A stretch of DNA of 64,000 nt from an uncultured Acidobacteriota bacterium (GTDB taxonomy: Bacteria > Acidobacteriota > Vicinamibacteria > Vicinamibacterales > UBA8438). The number at the start of each line of letters is the position of its first letter. The first letter of the stretch is position 1. The translations under genes and the position numbers were made by a program. The notes beneath the pieces are model-generated. The model was not told where the DNA came from. It was given only the letters and a program-made list of their open reading frames with translations, and searched no databases. Shown one piece after another: positions 29,648-39,260 of this stretch. The stretch is from contig CAJWLU010000011.1 in NCBI GenBank assembly GCA_913043225.1, positions 1 to 64,000 of the forward strand, in the 5' to 3' direction.

Positions 29648-31612
29648 ATGCGGAAACGGGTGAGACACGCCATCGTGTTGGCGACCATCGCAAGTGTGAT
29701 CGGCACAACCGTCTCGTCTGCGGTGGCGCAGACCGCCGAGTGGTCGGTCTACGCTGCGGACAAGGCAGGAACCAAGTATCTGCCCCTCGATCAGATCAAC
29801 AGGGACAACGTCGCCGATCTTGAGATCGCCTGGCGCCAACCGGTGATTCCCGACGAAATTCGCAACGGCGAGACCACCCGGGGTCCGGTCGGGTCGCAGA
29901 CTACGCCGTTGATGGTCGACGGCCTGCTGTACTTCAGCTCGGGGCTGGGCACCATCACGGCGCTCGCACCGACCACCGGCGAGGTGGTCTGGAATACCGG
30001 CCCCAGCGACGGAGTGCGGGTACGCCAGACGCGAGGGGTCGCCTACTGGAGCGACGGTGACGAGCGGCGCGTCGTCGCGACCCTCGGCCCGAAGCTTGTC
30101 TCGCTGAATGCGAGAACCGGCGAGCGCGACACAAACTTCGGCGAGGCCGGTGAAGTCGACCTACGGGAAGGATTGCTCAGACCCTTCCCCGAGTACTACT
30201 GGAACTCGGCCCCCACGATCATCCGCGACGTCATCATCATCGGCTCGTTCATCGGCGACATCCTCAACAACCAGATGCCGGCGACCAAGCAGGCGCCGCG
30301 GGGCGACGTTCGAGGCTATGACGTGCGCACCGGAGAGCACCTCTGGACCTTCTACACGATTCCACGGGAGAACGAGTTCGGGGTAGACACCTGGGGCATC
30401 GACCCGGTCGAGGACCGACCCTCCTGGGAATACAGCGGGAACACCAACATGTGGGCCCACCCGACCGGGGACGAGGAACTCGGCATCGTTTATTTACCGC
30501 TCTCCACACCCTCGAACGACTACTACGGCGGGCACCGCCCAGGCGACAATCTCTTCGCCGAGAGCCTAGTGGCGGTCGATGTGGAGACCGGCGAGCGACT
30601 GTGGCACTTCCAGGCGATTCACCACGGAGTGTGGGACTACGACTTCGCATCCTCAGCCGTGCTCACCGACATCACCGTGAACGGGCGCGAGATCAAGGCG
30701 GTGGCCCAGCCCAGCAAACAGGCATGGGTGTACGTATTCGATCGGGTGACCGGAGAGCCGGTCTGGCCGATCGAGGAACGCCCGGTGCCTGCCTCACCCG
30801 TACCGGGCGAGCGACTCGCTGAGACGCAGCCCTTCCCGACCAAGCCGCCCGCCTTCGAGCTGCAGGGTGTAACCGTGGACGACCTCATCGACTTCACCCC
30901 GGAGCTCCGAGCGGAAGCACTCGAGATCCTGGAACGTTACGAGTGGGGTCCCATCTTCACACCACCGGTGCTGCTCGACCCGTCACCCGGAGGCAAGAAG
31001 GGCACCATCTTCAGCCCGGGCACGGCGGGAGGTGCTAACTGGAGCGGCGCCGGCTTCGACCCGGCCACCGGCATGCTCTATGTCCCCTCCGCCTATAGCC
31101 AGAACGTGATCGCGATCACGCCGTCGACCAATCCGCGCTCCGACGTGCGGTTCGTGCGCGAGCGCTATGAACCACTACCGGGCCCACAAGGGTTACCGTT
31201 GTTCAAGCCCCCATACGGCCGCCTGACAGCCATCGACCTGAACACTGGGGACATCTCATGGCAGGTACCCAACGGGATCGGTCCGCGGAACCATCCCGCG
31301 ATCGCGCACCTGGACCTTCCGCCCCTGGGCAACCCAGGACGTGCCTCGGTGCTCGTCACCGGGTCACTCGTGTTCCTGGGTGAGGGCGGAAACACCGGTG
31401 TGTCGTCGCTGCCCCAGTGGTACAACGGCCCGGGCGGTAAGATGTTTCGCGCCTACGACAAGGCCACCGGCGACGTGGTGTGGGAGATGGAGCTGCCGGG
31501 CGGCACCAGCGGCGCCCCGATGACCTACATGATCGACGGCAAGCAGTACATCATCGCGACCGTGGGCTGGGACGACATGGGCAGCGAGCTCGTCGCGCTG
31601 ACCCTTCCGTGA
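29648..31612 (+). CDS. PQQ-dependent glucose/quinate/shikimate-type dehydrogenase (soluble, signal peptide)
   Basis: AGGAGG RBS; RGVAYW, G.VRGYD.RTG, YYGGHRPGDNLF.ESLVA, WHFQ..HH.VWDYD, TQPFP..P, GGANW, KPPYG, PMTY..DGKQY. Confidence 0.9.
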   Translation: MRKRVRHAIVLATIASVIGTTVSSAVAQTAEWSVYAADKAGTKYLPLDQINRDNVADLEIAWRQPVIPDEIRNGETTRGPVGSQTTPLMVDGLLYFSSGLGTITALAPTTGEVVWNTGPSDGVRVRQTRGVAYWSDGDERRVVATLGPKLVSLNARTGERDTNFGEAGEVDLREGLLRPFPEYYWNSAPTIIRDVIIIGSFIGDILNNQMPATKQAPRGDVRGYDVRTGEHLWTFYTIPRENEFGVDTWGIDPVEDRPSWEYSGNTNMWAHPTGDEELGIVYLPLSTPSNDYYGGHRPGDNLFAESLVAVDVETGERLWHFQAIHHGVWDYDFASSAVLTDITVNGREIKAVAQPSKQAWVYVFDRVTGEPVWPIEERPVPASPVPGERLAETQPFPTKPPAFELQGVTVDDLIDFTPELRAEALEILERYEWGPIFTPPVLLDPSPGGKKGTIFSPGTAGGANWSGAGFDPATGMLYVPSAYSQNVIAITPSTNPRSDVRFVRERYEPLPGPQGLPLFKPPYGRLTAIDLNTGDISWQVPNGIGPRNHPAIAHLDLPPLGNPGRASVLVTGSLVFLGEGGNTGVSSLPQWYNGPGGKMFRAYDKATGDVVWEMELPGGTSGAPMTYMIDGKQYIIATVGWDDMGSELVALTLP

Positions 31613-31619
31613 GGACATC

Positions 31620-32093
31620 ATGACAACGAGAAGACCGGCAAACGGGCTCACCCGCCGCACCATGCTCACGACGAGCGGTCTTGGCCTCGCCGGTGTGCTG
31701 GCTCGACCGGCGACCGCACAACCGACGGCAGAGGAATCGGCCAACATCAACGTGGTGAATCAGTTCTGTGCAGCCTTCACTGCCCCACTTGACTGGCCCC
31801 GAATCACCAGTCACCTGACGGACGAATGCAAGTATCGCGCGACGCAGACCGCACCGATGGTCGAAGGATCGGCGGCCATTGAAGCGTTAGTGGATGGCTT
31901 CGTTGGGAGCGCCTCCGTTATCGAGTTTGAGGTGGTGGACACCTGGGCCCGAGGACCGGTAGTCGTCGACGACCGGATCGACCGTTTCACGCTACCAGAT
32001 CAGCAACTCGACATCCCAGTCGTGGGAGTCTTTCATCTAATCGACGGCAAGATCGCTGAGTGGACCGACTTCGTCTTCGACATCGAGCTGTAA
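31620..32093 (+). CDS. Tat-exported limonene-1,2-epoxide hydrolase/SnoaL-like protein
   Basis: LTRRTML signal; V..DR.D.F, PV.GVF...DGKI..W.D NTF2-like motifs. Confidence 0.8.
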   Translation: MTTRRPANGLTRRTMLTTSGLGLAGVLARPATAQPTAEESANINVVNQFCAAFTAPLDWPRITSHLTDECKYRATQTAPMVEGSAAIEALVDGFVGSASVIEFEVVDTWARGPVVVDDRIDRFTLPDQQLDIPVVGVFHLIDGKIAEWTDFVFDIEL

Positions 32094-32128
32094 TGCGGTT
32101 TCTCCGCTAGGAGACAGGAGACAGAGCC

Positions 32129-32923
32129 ATGCGCTACCTGCCAGCGCGAATCGCCCTACTAGCCGTGGTCGTGTCTGGCACCTCGCCCTTCACGGCAACG
32201 GCGCAAGACTCCGAGACGAACCCCTACACCAGCCGGATCGACCTGCGGATGGGTCGCCGGGTCTTTCAGGCGCAATGCGCCAGCTGTCATGGGCTGAATG
32301 CGCGGGGTGGCAACGAAAGCGTGGGCCCCGACCTAACGACTGGTCGATTCCAGCGAGCCGAATCCGACGGCGAACTCTACCGGGTCATCCGGGATGGAGT
32401 GCAAGGCACGGCCATGGTCGGCACCGGCACCGATGCGCCAGAGCAAGAACTGTGGCAGATGGTCACCTACCTCCGCTCGCTCACTGAGGTGGCTGATGCC
32501 CCACCAGGCTCCTCGGCCACCGGCCAGCAGCTCTTCACCGGAACCGGCAGCTGCGCCGACTGTCACATGGTGAACGGCGATGGCGGCCGGCGTGGCCCGG
32601 ACCTGTCGAATATCGGCGACGACCGTACGCCTGATGACTTGCGCACTTCACTCACCGACCCCGACGCCGAAGTGCACCCCCGCTGGTGGACCATGCGGGC
32701 GACCAACGGAAGCCAGGCCCACGAGGGGCTGCGCATGGGCGAGGACTCCTTCAGCTTCCGGATCATGGACGAGAACGAGCAGCTGCGGTCGTTCTCGAAA
32801 TATGGCGACTGGACCTGGGAACGGAGCGAGCGCTCGACGATGCCAGCCTACGGCGACCAGCTGTCGACCCGGCAACTCGACGACCTCGTGGCGTATCTCT
32901 TTTCTCTCCGGAGCGACCCCTAA
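32129..32923 (+). CDS. Diheme c-type cytochrome
   Basis: Signal peptide; CASCH and CADCH; GPDL twice; axial Met candidates (GTAM, STMP); stop overlaps next ATG (TAATG). Confidence 0.92.
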   Translation: MRYLPARIALLAVVVSGTSPFTATAQDSETNPYTSRIDLRMGRRVFQAQCASCHGLNARGGNESVGPDLTTGRFQRAESDGELYRVIRDGVQGTAMVGTGTDAPEQELWQMVTYLRSLTEVADAPPGSSATGQQLFTGTGSCADCHMVNGDGGRRGPDLSNIGDDRTPDDLRTSLTDPDAEVHPRWWTMRATNGSQAHEGLRMGEDSFSFRIMDENEQLRSFSKYGDWTWERSERSTMPAYGDQLSTRQLDDLVAYLFSLRSDP

Positions 32924-34557
32924 TGACGATCCGCACGCTCGCCAGATACGTCACCTTGCTTGCCGTTCTCCCGTTCGCCGCACCGGCGGCGGCGCAGTCC
33001 GACGGCGAGGCCATCTTCTCCCCGGTCACCTGGGAACGTCTCCTCAACGCCGCAGACGAGCCGCACAACTGGCTCATGTACAACGGCACACTGGACAGCC
33101 AGCGGTTCAGCGGACTGGATCAAATCAACCGCGAGACCGTCACCGGGCTCACGTTGAAGTGGACCCATCAGATCCGACAGCTCGACCGGAACGAGACCAC
33201 CCCACTAGTGGTAGACGGAGTGATGTTCATCACCGAGTCGCCGAGCAACTTAGTGGCGGTGGATGCCGTGAACGGCCAGCCGTTCTGGCGCTACGACCAT
33301 CCCCTGCCAGGCGACCTGCGCATCTGCTGCGGCCGAAACAACCGCGGTGTGGCCATCCTCGATGAAACGCTCTACATGAGCACGCTCGATGCCCATCTGG
33401 TGGCCATCGACGGCCGTTCGGGGAGCCTGCTGTGGAACCGCGAAGTCGCCAACCATGAGAGCGGCTACAGCAAGACCGCAGCACCGCTCATCGTCAAGAA
33501 CCAAGTGGTCACCGGGATCGCCGGAGGTGAGTACGGTGTCCGGGGTTTCCTCGACTCGTACGACCCCGCCTCGGGTGAGCTCAAGTGGCGCACCTACACG
33601 ATTCCTGGCCCCGACCATCCAGACAATCAATCGTGGGCCGGAGACTCATGGCGCACGGGCGGATCTCCGACCTGGCTCACCGGCTCCTACGACCCGGAGC
33701 TTAACCTCGTCTACTGGGGCACCGGCAACCCTGGACCTGACTGGAATGGCGACGTCCGGATGGGTGACAACCTCTACTCGGACTCGGTGCTGGCGCTCAA
33801 CGGCGACACCGGTGAAATGTCCTGGCACTTCCAGTTCACGCCGCACGACGAGCACGACTGGGACGCCATCCAGATTCCCGTGCTCGCCGACATCGAGGTC
33901 GACGGCGAGGCCCGCAAGGCGATGCTCTGGGCGAACCGGAACGCGTTCTACTACACCCTCGATCGAGAAACCGGTGAGTTCCTTCTCGGGAAAGAATTCG
34001 CGCATCAGACGTGGGCCGAGGGGCTCGACGCCAATGGGCGGCCGATCCGGCGCCCGGGAACCAAGCCCAGCACAGAAGGGACACTCGTCGCACCGATCGC
34101 CGGAGGCGGCACCAACTGGTGGTCGCCCGCATACAGTCCGCGAACAGGTCTGCTGTACGTGAACGCATTCGATGGCGAGGCTCTCTTCTTCAACCGTGAG
34201 GAAGAATACAGCGAGGGCGACACCTTCCTGGGTGGCGGCACCGAAACGCCACTGCCGATCGACAACTATCACAGCGCCATCCGGGCCATCGACCCGACGA
34301 CCGGGGACATCAAATGGGAGTTCCCGATCACTCCGCGGAGCCGCTCGGGTGTATTAGCCACCGCGGGCGACCTGGTCTTCGCAGCCGGGGCCGAAGGTAT
34401 CCTCTTTGCGCTGGACGCAGAGACCGGCGAGCCGGTCTGGCACATCCCGCTCGGTGGACCAGTGAACGCCCAGCCGATGACTTACGCCGTCAGCGGCCAG
34501 CAATATGTAACGATGCCGGTAGGCAACGTGGTCTACACGTTCGGCCTGGGCAACTAG
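32923..34557 (+). CDS. PQQ-dependent alcohol dehydrogenase, methanol/ethanol family, with lanthanide-type motif
   Basis: ETTPLV.DG, vicinal CC (ICCGRNNRG), GGEYGVRG, WGTGNPGP, GDNLYS, TPHDEHDWD, RN.F.Y.LDR, GGTNW. Confidence 0.93.
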   Translation: MTIRTLARYVTLLAVLPFAAPAAAQSDGEAIFSPVTWERLLNAADEPHNWLMYNGTLDSQRFSGLDQINRETVTGLTLKWTHQIRQLDRNETTPLVVDGVMFITESPSNLVAVDAVNGQPFWRYDHPLPGDLRICCGRNNRGVAILDETLYMSTLDAHLVAIDGRSGSLLWNREVANHESGYSKTAAPLIVKNQVVTGIAGGEYGVRGFLDSYDPASGELKWRTYTIPGPDHPDNQSWAGDSWRTGGSPTWLTGSYDPELNLVYWGTGNPGPDWNGDVRMGDNLYSDSVLALNGDTGEMSWHFQFTPHDEHDWDAIQIPVLADIEVDGEARKAMLWANRNAFYYTLDRETGEFLLGKEFAHQTWAEGLDANGRPIRRPGTKPSTEGTLVAPIAGGGTNWWSPAYSPRTGLLYVNAFDGEALFFNREEEYSEGDTFLGGGTETPLPIDNYHSAIRAIDPTTGDIKWEFPITPRSRSGVLATAGDLVFAAGAEGILFALDAETGEPVWHIPLGGPVNAQPMTYAVSGQQYVTMPVGNVVYTFGLGN

Positions 34558-35333
34558 GTACACCAGCGCGCGATGCGGGCGAGGACGTCTTCGGTGACGG
34601 CGGCCTCCCCCGCCGCCACCGCTTTCAAGAGCGACGCCTTGGGCGCCTTCAGCGTGGTCGTATCGTCGAGGTGCGGCCGGAGGTAGATCAACCGATCGGT
34701 CTCCGCAAGTGGCGCGCCGCGGCTGCGGCAATCGGAGGCGATGAGATGGGTCGCCGCCAGAGGCGGCATCGTGGCAAACCCCACCGGCAGCGAATCACTA
34801 ACGCCTCCGTCGGTAAACTCGCTCACCTCGCCACGATAGCGGATCGGCTGGGCCGCGAACATGTCGGGCACCGCCGCGCTCGTCGCCACCGCGTCATAGA
34901 GCCGGACGCCGCCGTCGTCGCCGGTGGCTAGGTAACGGGGACGATCGTGGGTCAGGTCGTGGCACACGACGCCGATGGCCGATACACCATGATGCAAACG
35001 ATCGAAGCGACTCGCCTCGAGTTGGCCAAGGCGGGACGGAATGATCCCGGCAAACGGGTCGACCAGTGGCCGGCACCAAGCGGGCACCCGCACGGCAAAG
35101 CTGTGCGCCACCAGGTGCCGCCCCTTAAACACGGCGGCGTCAGCCAGCATCTCGTCGACCGTCAACCCGACGGCCGCATAGTAGCCGGCAATGACGGCGC
35201 CGGCGCTCACCCCCACCATCACATCGACCGAGACGCCCTCGGCCGCCAACCGGCGTACGACACCGAGATGGGCGGCACCGCGCAGGCCGCCAGCCGACAG
35301 CACCAGCCCAATACGAGAGCATTCGTCGGTCAC
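34554..35333 (-). CDS. Patatin-like phospholipase
   Basis: GGLRGAAHLG, GVSAG nucleophile, S.AVP, DGG. Confidence 0.9.
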   Translation of the reverse strand: MTDECSRIGLVLSAGGLRGAAHLGVVRRLAAEGVSVDVMVGVSAGAVIAGYYAAVGLTVDEMLADAAVFKGRHLVAHSFAVRVPAWCRPLVDPFAGIIPSRLGQLEASRFDRLHHGVSAIGVVCHDLTHDRPRYLATGDDGGVRLYDAVATSAAVPDMFAAQPIRYRGEVSEFTDGGVSDSLPVGFATMPPLAATHLIASDCRSRGAPLAETDRLIYLRPHLDDTTTLKAPKASLLKAVAAGEAAVTEDVLARIARWCT

Positions 35334-35561
35334 GTTCGCCGATTATCGCTGAGCCGTGTAACGTTTGGCGGCCGCCCTGTCTTGCTCCGCAAAGGCACGA
35401 GTAGGAATGACACCGCCACTCGATCAGGCCAGACGGGTCGATCATCAGCCCACTCGCTGACTCCACGACCGGTTAATGATCCGGTATTGCGTCGGCACGG
35501 CTGGTGCGCGATCATGGGCAAACAAGAGTATCGCGCTTCACCACGCACCTAGGAGGGTCCG

Positions 35562-36611
35562 ATGCGCCACCGGCACTTCGCGGCGTCGACTATCACGGTC
35601 GTGCTTCTCGGCTGGCTTTCGCCGGCCTCCGCGTGGGCGCAGGGCCCGGCGACAGTGCCGGTGGCAGACGATTCGGCCCCCCGGATGGCTGACGGCCGTC
35701 CCGACCTGACGGGGTACTGGACAACCCAGACCTTCACGCCGATGGAGCGTCCGGATTATCTGGGCAACCAGGCGTTCTACACAGAAGAAGAGTTCGAATT
35801 GCTGCAGCGGCAGCTCACTGTGGACGGTGCGGACCCGCTGGCCCGTTTCGTCATCAACATCGGCGATGCCGAGGAACGTAAGCGCGTCCTGAACCAGACA
35901 CACCGGGATGAGGATTACGTCCACTACGACAACGCGATCTGGCTCGCCACCCGGGTACCGAAGGGGCTGTCCACCCGCCGGACCTCGCTGGTCAGCGACC
36001 CGCCAAACGGCAAGATCCCACCGCGCAACGCCGAGGCGCAGGCGCGCGCGGCCGAGCGTCGGGCAGCACGGGCAGGCCTGGATCTGTTCTCCGACCACCT
36101 GCTTCGCCCGCTAAGTGAGCGGTGCATTTACTACGGCTACAACGGGCCTCCGCTCCAGCCGCCGTCCTACAACGACGTGCACCAGATTTTTCAGACCGCC
36201 GACCACGTGGTGATCTTCACCGAGCAGAACAACAATCCGCCGCGCATCATCCCGCTCGACGGTCGCCCGCCGATCTCTAACAAGATCCGGCTGTATCCTG
36301 GCGATTCTCGCGGCCACTGGGAGGGCGATACGCTGGTGGTCGACACCACGCACTTCAATGACGTGACCGCCTGGCAAGGATCGAGCCGCCACATGCAGGT
36401 CCAAGAACGGTTCACTCGAACCAGCGCTGACAGCATCCACTATGAGTTCACGGTCGAAGACCCTCACACCTGGAATGTCCCGTGGAGCGCAGAGATTCCG
36501 ATGGTGACCACCGACGGTCCCGTCTACGAATATGGCTGTCATGAAGGGAACCACGACCTACGCCACATCCTCGAGGTGTATCGCAACCTCGAGAAGCAGA
36601 ACGCCAGATAG
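35562..36611 (+). CDS. Secreted hypothetical protein, PDLxGxW-YxCHEGN family (variant)
   Basis: GGAGG RBS; signal peptide; PDLTGYW, ERC, WEGDTLVVDT, YGCHEGN; EMVH replaced by EQNN. Confidence 0.85.
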   Translation: MRHRHFAASTITVVLLGWLSPASAWAQGPATVPVADDSAPRMADGRPDLTGYWTTQTFTPMERPDYLGNQAFYTEEEFELLQRQLTVDGADPLARFVINIGDAEERKRVLNQTHRDEDYVHYDNAIWLATRVPKGLSTRRTSLVSDPPNGKIPPRNAEAQARAAERRAARAGLDLFSDHLLRPLSERCIYYGYNGPPLQPPSYNDVHQIFQTADHVVIFTEQNNNPPRIIPLDGRPPISNKIRLYPGDSRGHWEGDTLVVDTTHFNDVTAWQGSSRHMQVQERFTRTSADSIHYEFTVEDPHTWNVPWSAEIPMVTTDGPVYEYGCHEGNHDLRHILEVYRNLEKQNAR

Positions 36612-36965
36612 GCGGGTAAATTGCCCTCCCCTCGCCACATAGATCCCACCAACGCGCCTGCGACGGCCGCTCAGCCGCTATCGTGGGCAACTGGAAGGAC
36701 ACGCTGGAGGTACCGGGCGACCCGCACTACCCCTCGTCTCCCACATCACCGGCGCCGCGCCGGAATACTCCCTCATCGAGGGAACGATGGCTCGGCAGCT
36801 GCTTGAAACCGTAATCGGCTGGATCCTCGAACGCTTCTCTGTCCAGTAGTCCCTCCTCTATCTGGATTCGCGTCGACGTTCGACACTGCCGACAGACCCA
36901 GGCATCATGGTGACGTCGGAATCGTGCCCAACCGAACTTTTTTCCGTGAGTGGAGCCGTCGATGG

Positions 36966-37715
36966 ATGGCCGCCATCCTCCTAGGCGTGGTGTGCGTGGT
37001 CGGCGTCTCGGCACAATTCGGCTACCGAGGATGGGGTCGGCGGGAGCTCACCTACGACGGGCGCTTCACCTTCGTCCGATTGCGGTGGACGCGAGGCACG
37101 TTCGGCTCGATGCCGCTCGGACGCGGCATCAACATGTGGCTCCACGAGTTCCCCAGCGCCGAAGCGAATCTGATGTCAGTGCTCGGCGAGTACACGGCGG
37201 TCAACGCCCGTACCGACACCAGTCTTATCCTGAGTCTCGATGACGACGAGCTCTTCCGCTACCCGGCGGCGATGATGTGGGAACCAGGATTCTGGGTAAT
37301 GACCGACGAGCAGGCGGGCCGACTGAGGGACTACATGCACAAGGGCGGATTCCTCATCTTCAACGACTTCGAGGGCCAGCAGTGGGAAAACTTCGAGGCC
37401 CAGCTCAAGCGCGTCCTGCCGGACGCCCAGCTGATGGAGCTCGACGGTACTCACCCGGTCTTCAACCTCCTGTTCGAGGTGGGCAAGGTCGACATACCCA
37501 ATCCACCCAATCACCACCTAGGCGGACTGGTCCCGAAGTTCTTCGGGGTGTTCGAGGAAAACGACCCAAGCGGACGGATGCTGGCCCTCGTGAACTACGA
37601 TACGAATCTCGGAGAATACTGGCAGCTTGCTGGCACGGGTCTACTGCCGTTCGAGGCCGAGAACCACGGCTTCCAGCTCGGCATCAACTACATGCTGTAC
37701 GGGATGACCCACTGA
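36966..37715 (+). CDS. DUF4159 domain protein
   Basis: FTFVRLRW, P.AE.NL, L.LDD.ELF.YP, EPG.W, LR.Y..KGGFL...DF, HP.F, G.NY..Y..TH. Start uncertain (36924-36966). Confidence 0.85.
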   Translation: MAAILLGVVCVVGVSAQFGYRGWGRRELTYDGRFTFVRLRWTRGTFGSMPLGRGINMWLHEFPSAEANLMSVLGEYTAVNARTDTSLILSLDDDELFRYPAAMMWEPGFWVMTDEQAGRLRDYMHKGGFLIFNDFEGQQWENFEAQLKRVLPDAQLMELDGTHPVFNLLFEVGKVDIPNPPNHHLGGLVPKFFGVFEENDPSGRMLALVNYDTNLGEYWQLAGTGLLPFEAENHGFQLGINYMLYGMTH

Positions 37716-37811
37716 CACCCCAGTCCACTGGCGGCTCATCATTCGCACGGTCGCGTTCATTAAGATAGGGGCAGGCTTTGTAGTCTCTGGCGACCGCCGC
37801 CACCCACGACG

Positions 37812-39260
37812 ATGTCACACGCGCCATATCTCCGGGGCTCGACGAATGCCGCCACCCGATGCGGCCTAGGAGCGATAGTGATGGGCGTCATCGGGGCAAC
37901 TCTGCTCTCGCTCGAAGCGGCCCCACAACCCCCGATCATCCCGCTCCCCTCGAACCCGTCCAACTGGCCCGGGTGGGCTCTTGTCTACGAGGAGGACTTT
38001 TCCACCCCGACCAACGCTGAGCTCACATCGTGGCTCCCGGATGAGACGTTCGCTCCCTTCGACACGATTCTCGATGACCGCGGGGTCTGGTATCAGAATG
38101 ACTACGGTCCGGCCTGGCAGACGGCGTTCGATTCGTTCGACACCTATCGGCGGGAGTTCACGGTAGGCCAGGACGGCTGGCTGACCGTATCGCTCTCAGC
38201 TCGGGACTGGAACCGTGACGGCGTGATCGAATCGCCGCCGTCGTTCCAAACAGCACCCCTCGGCGACGATCACGTCGCCGTCCTCGACGTGCCAGACCAT
38301 ACGGGCGGGGTCATCATCCGGTCGACCGATCCGCTCCCCCCCTACTACCGCGTCCAGTACTCCCTCCGCACACTCGACTTCGGGGGACAGCGAGCAGGCA
38401 GTATCGAATACGACGGACGGCTTAACGGCTACGCTCGCGACGACTGCAAAACCCAGCACCCGTGGGGAGAGGGGTCGCGCACGCCCGGCTGGAGCGGCGA
38501 CGCCTCGGCACCCCTCTGTGATTGGCAGAGTGTCCGCGAAGGCCCCTACGCCTACAATGGTTTTCACTTCCTCGCGATCGTCGACGTACTCGACCCGGCG
38601 CCTCGCAACAACCACTTTTGGCACCTGCGGCGCAAGGTCTTGATGGATGCGTTCTCGCAACATCCGGACCGGGTGGGCGATGGCACCGGGGGCCGGGTAT
38701 GCAACGCAGCGACCGGCACCTACTACGATTACCGGGACAGCAGTTTCAATACGCTGAATATGTGGATCAACGGACTCCCAGACTGGACACCAGCCCCGGG
38801 CGGGCTGCCCGCCAACAGTCAGTGGTTCATGACCCCCTGCTCCAACGGGGTCGCCGAACCAGTCCTGTCGTCGGCCGCTGAGCTTCTGCCGGAGTTGATG
38901 CCTGGGGAGTCGTACCGGTTCGCGATCGAACGGACGGAGACCGGCTACACACTGGAGGCCACCGGCAACTTCGCCCGGGTCGGCCGACGATCTATCCGCC
39001 TGCATCGGCCCTTCGTCGTCGACGAGGTCCCGATCTGGCACTACAACGTTGAGGCGACCCAGTATGACGGACGTTTCGACGGGACCCTGATGCAACAGGA
39101 TACTTTCGGCTCGGCACGCTGGGAGCACTTGTGGCCGGCGGGATCCGCATACCCCGAGCACTTCATCATCGGCGATCCCTACACCAACGCCTACGAAGGT
39201 CGAGCCAGCCTAACCGACATCCGGCTCTATATCCGCACGCCCGCCACCACACGTGACTAA
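37812..39260 (+). CDS. Secreted hypothetical protein (Trp/Tyr-rich, possibly beta-jelly-roll)
   Basis: 482-aa ORF with hydrophobic N-terminal segment and normal coding composition; family not recognised. Confidence 0.7.
   Translation: MSHAPYLRGSTNAATRCGLGAIVMGVIGATLLSLEAAPQPPIIPLPSNPSNWPGWALVYEEDFSTPTNAELTSWLPDETFAPFDTILDDRGVWYQNDYGPAWQTAFDSFDTYRREFTVGQDGWLTVSLSARDWNRDGVIESPPSFQTAPLGDDHVAVLDVPDHTGGVIIRSTDPLPPYYRVQYSLRTLDFGGQRAGSIEYDGRLNGYARDDCKTQHPWGEGSRTPGWSGDASAPLCDWQSVREGPYAYNGFHFLAIVDVLDPAPRNNHFWHLRRKVLMDAFSQHPDRVGDGTGGRVCNAATGTYYDYRDSSFNTLNMWINGLPDWTPAPGGLPANSQWFMTPCSNGVAEPVLSSAAELLPELMPGESYRFAIERTETGYTLEATGNFARVGRRSIRLHRPFVVDEVPIWHYNVEATQYDGRFDGTLMQQDTFGSARWEHLWPAGSAYPEHFIIGDPYTNAYEGRASLTDIRLYIRTPATTRD

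Noticed and set aside
34554..35333. Patatin as a CBASS or other defence effector
   Set aside because: No cyclase or other defence genes nearby; it looks like a stand-alone RssA/NTE-type patatin.
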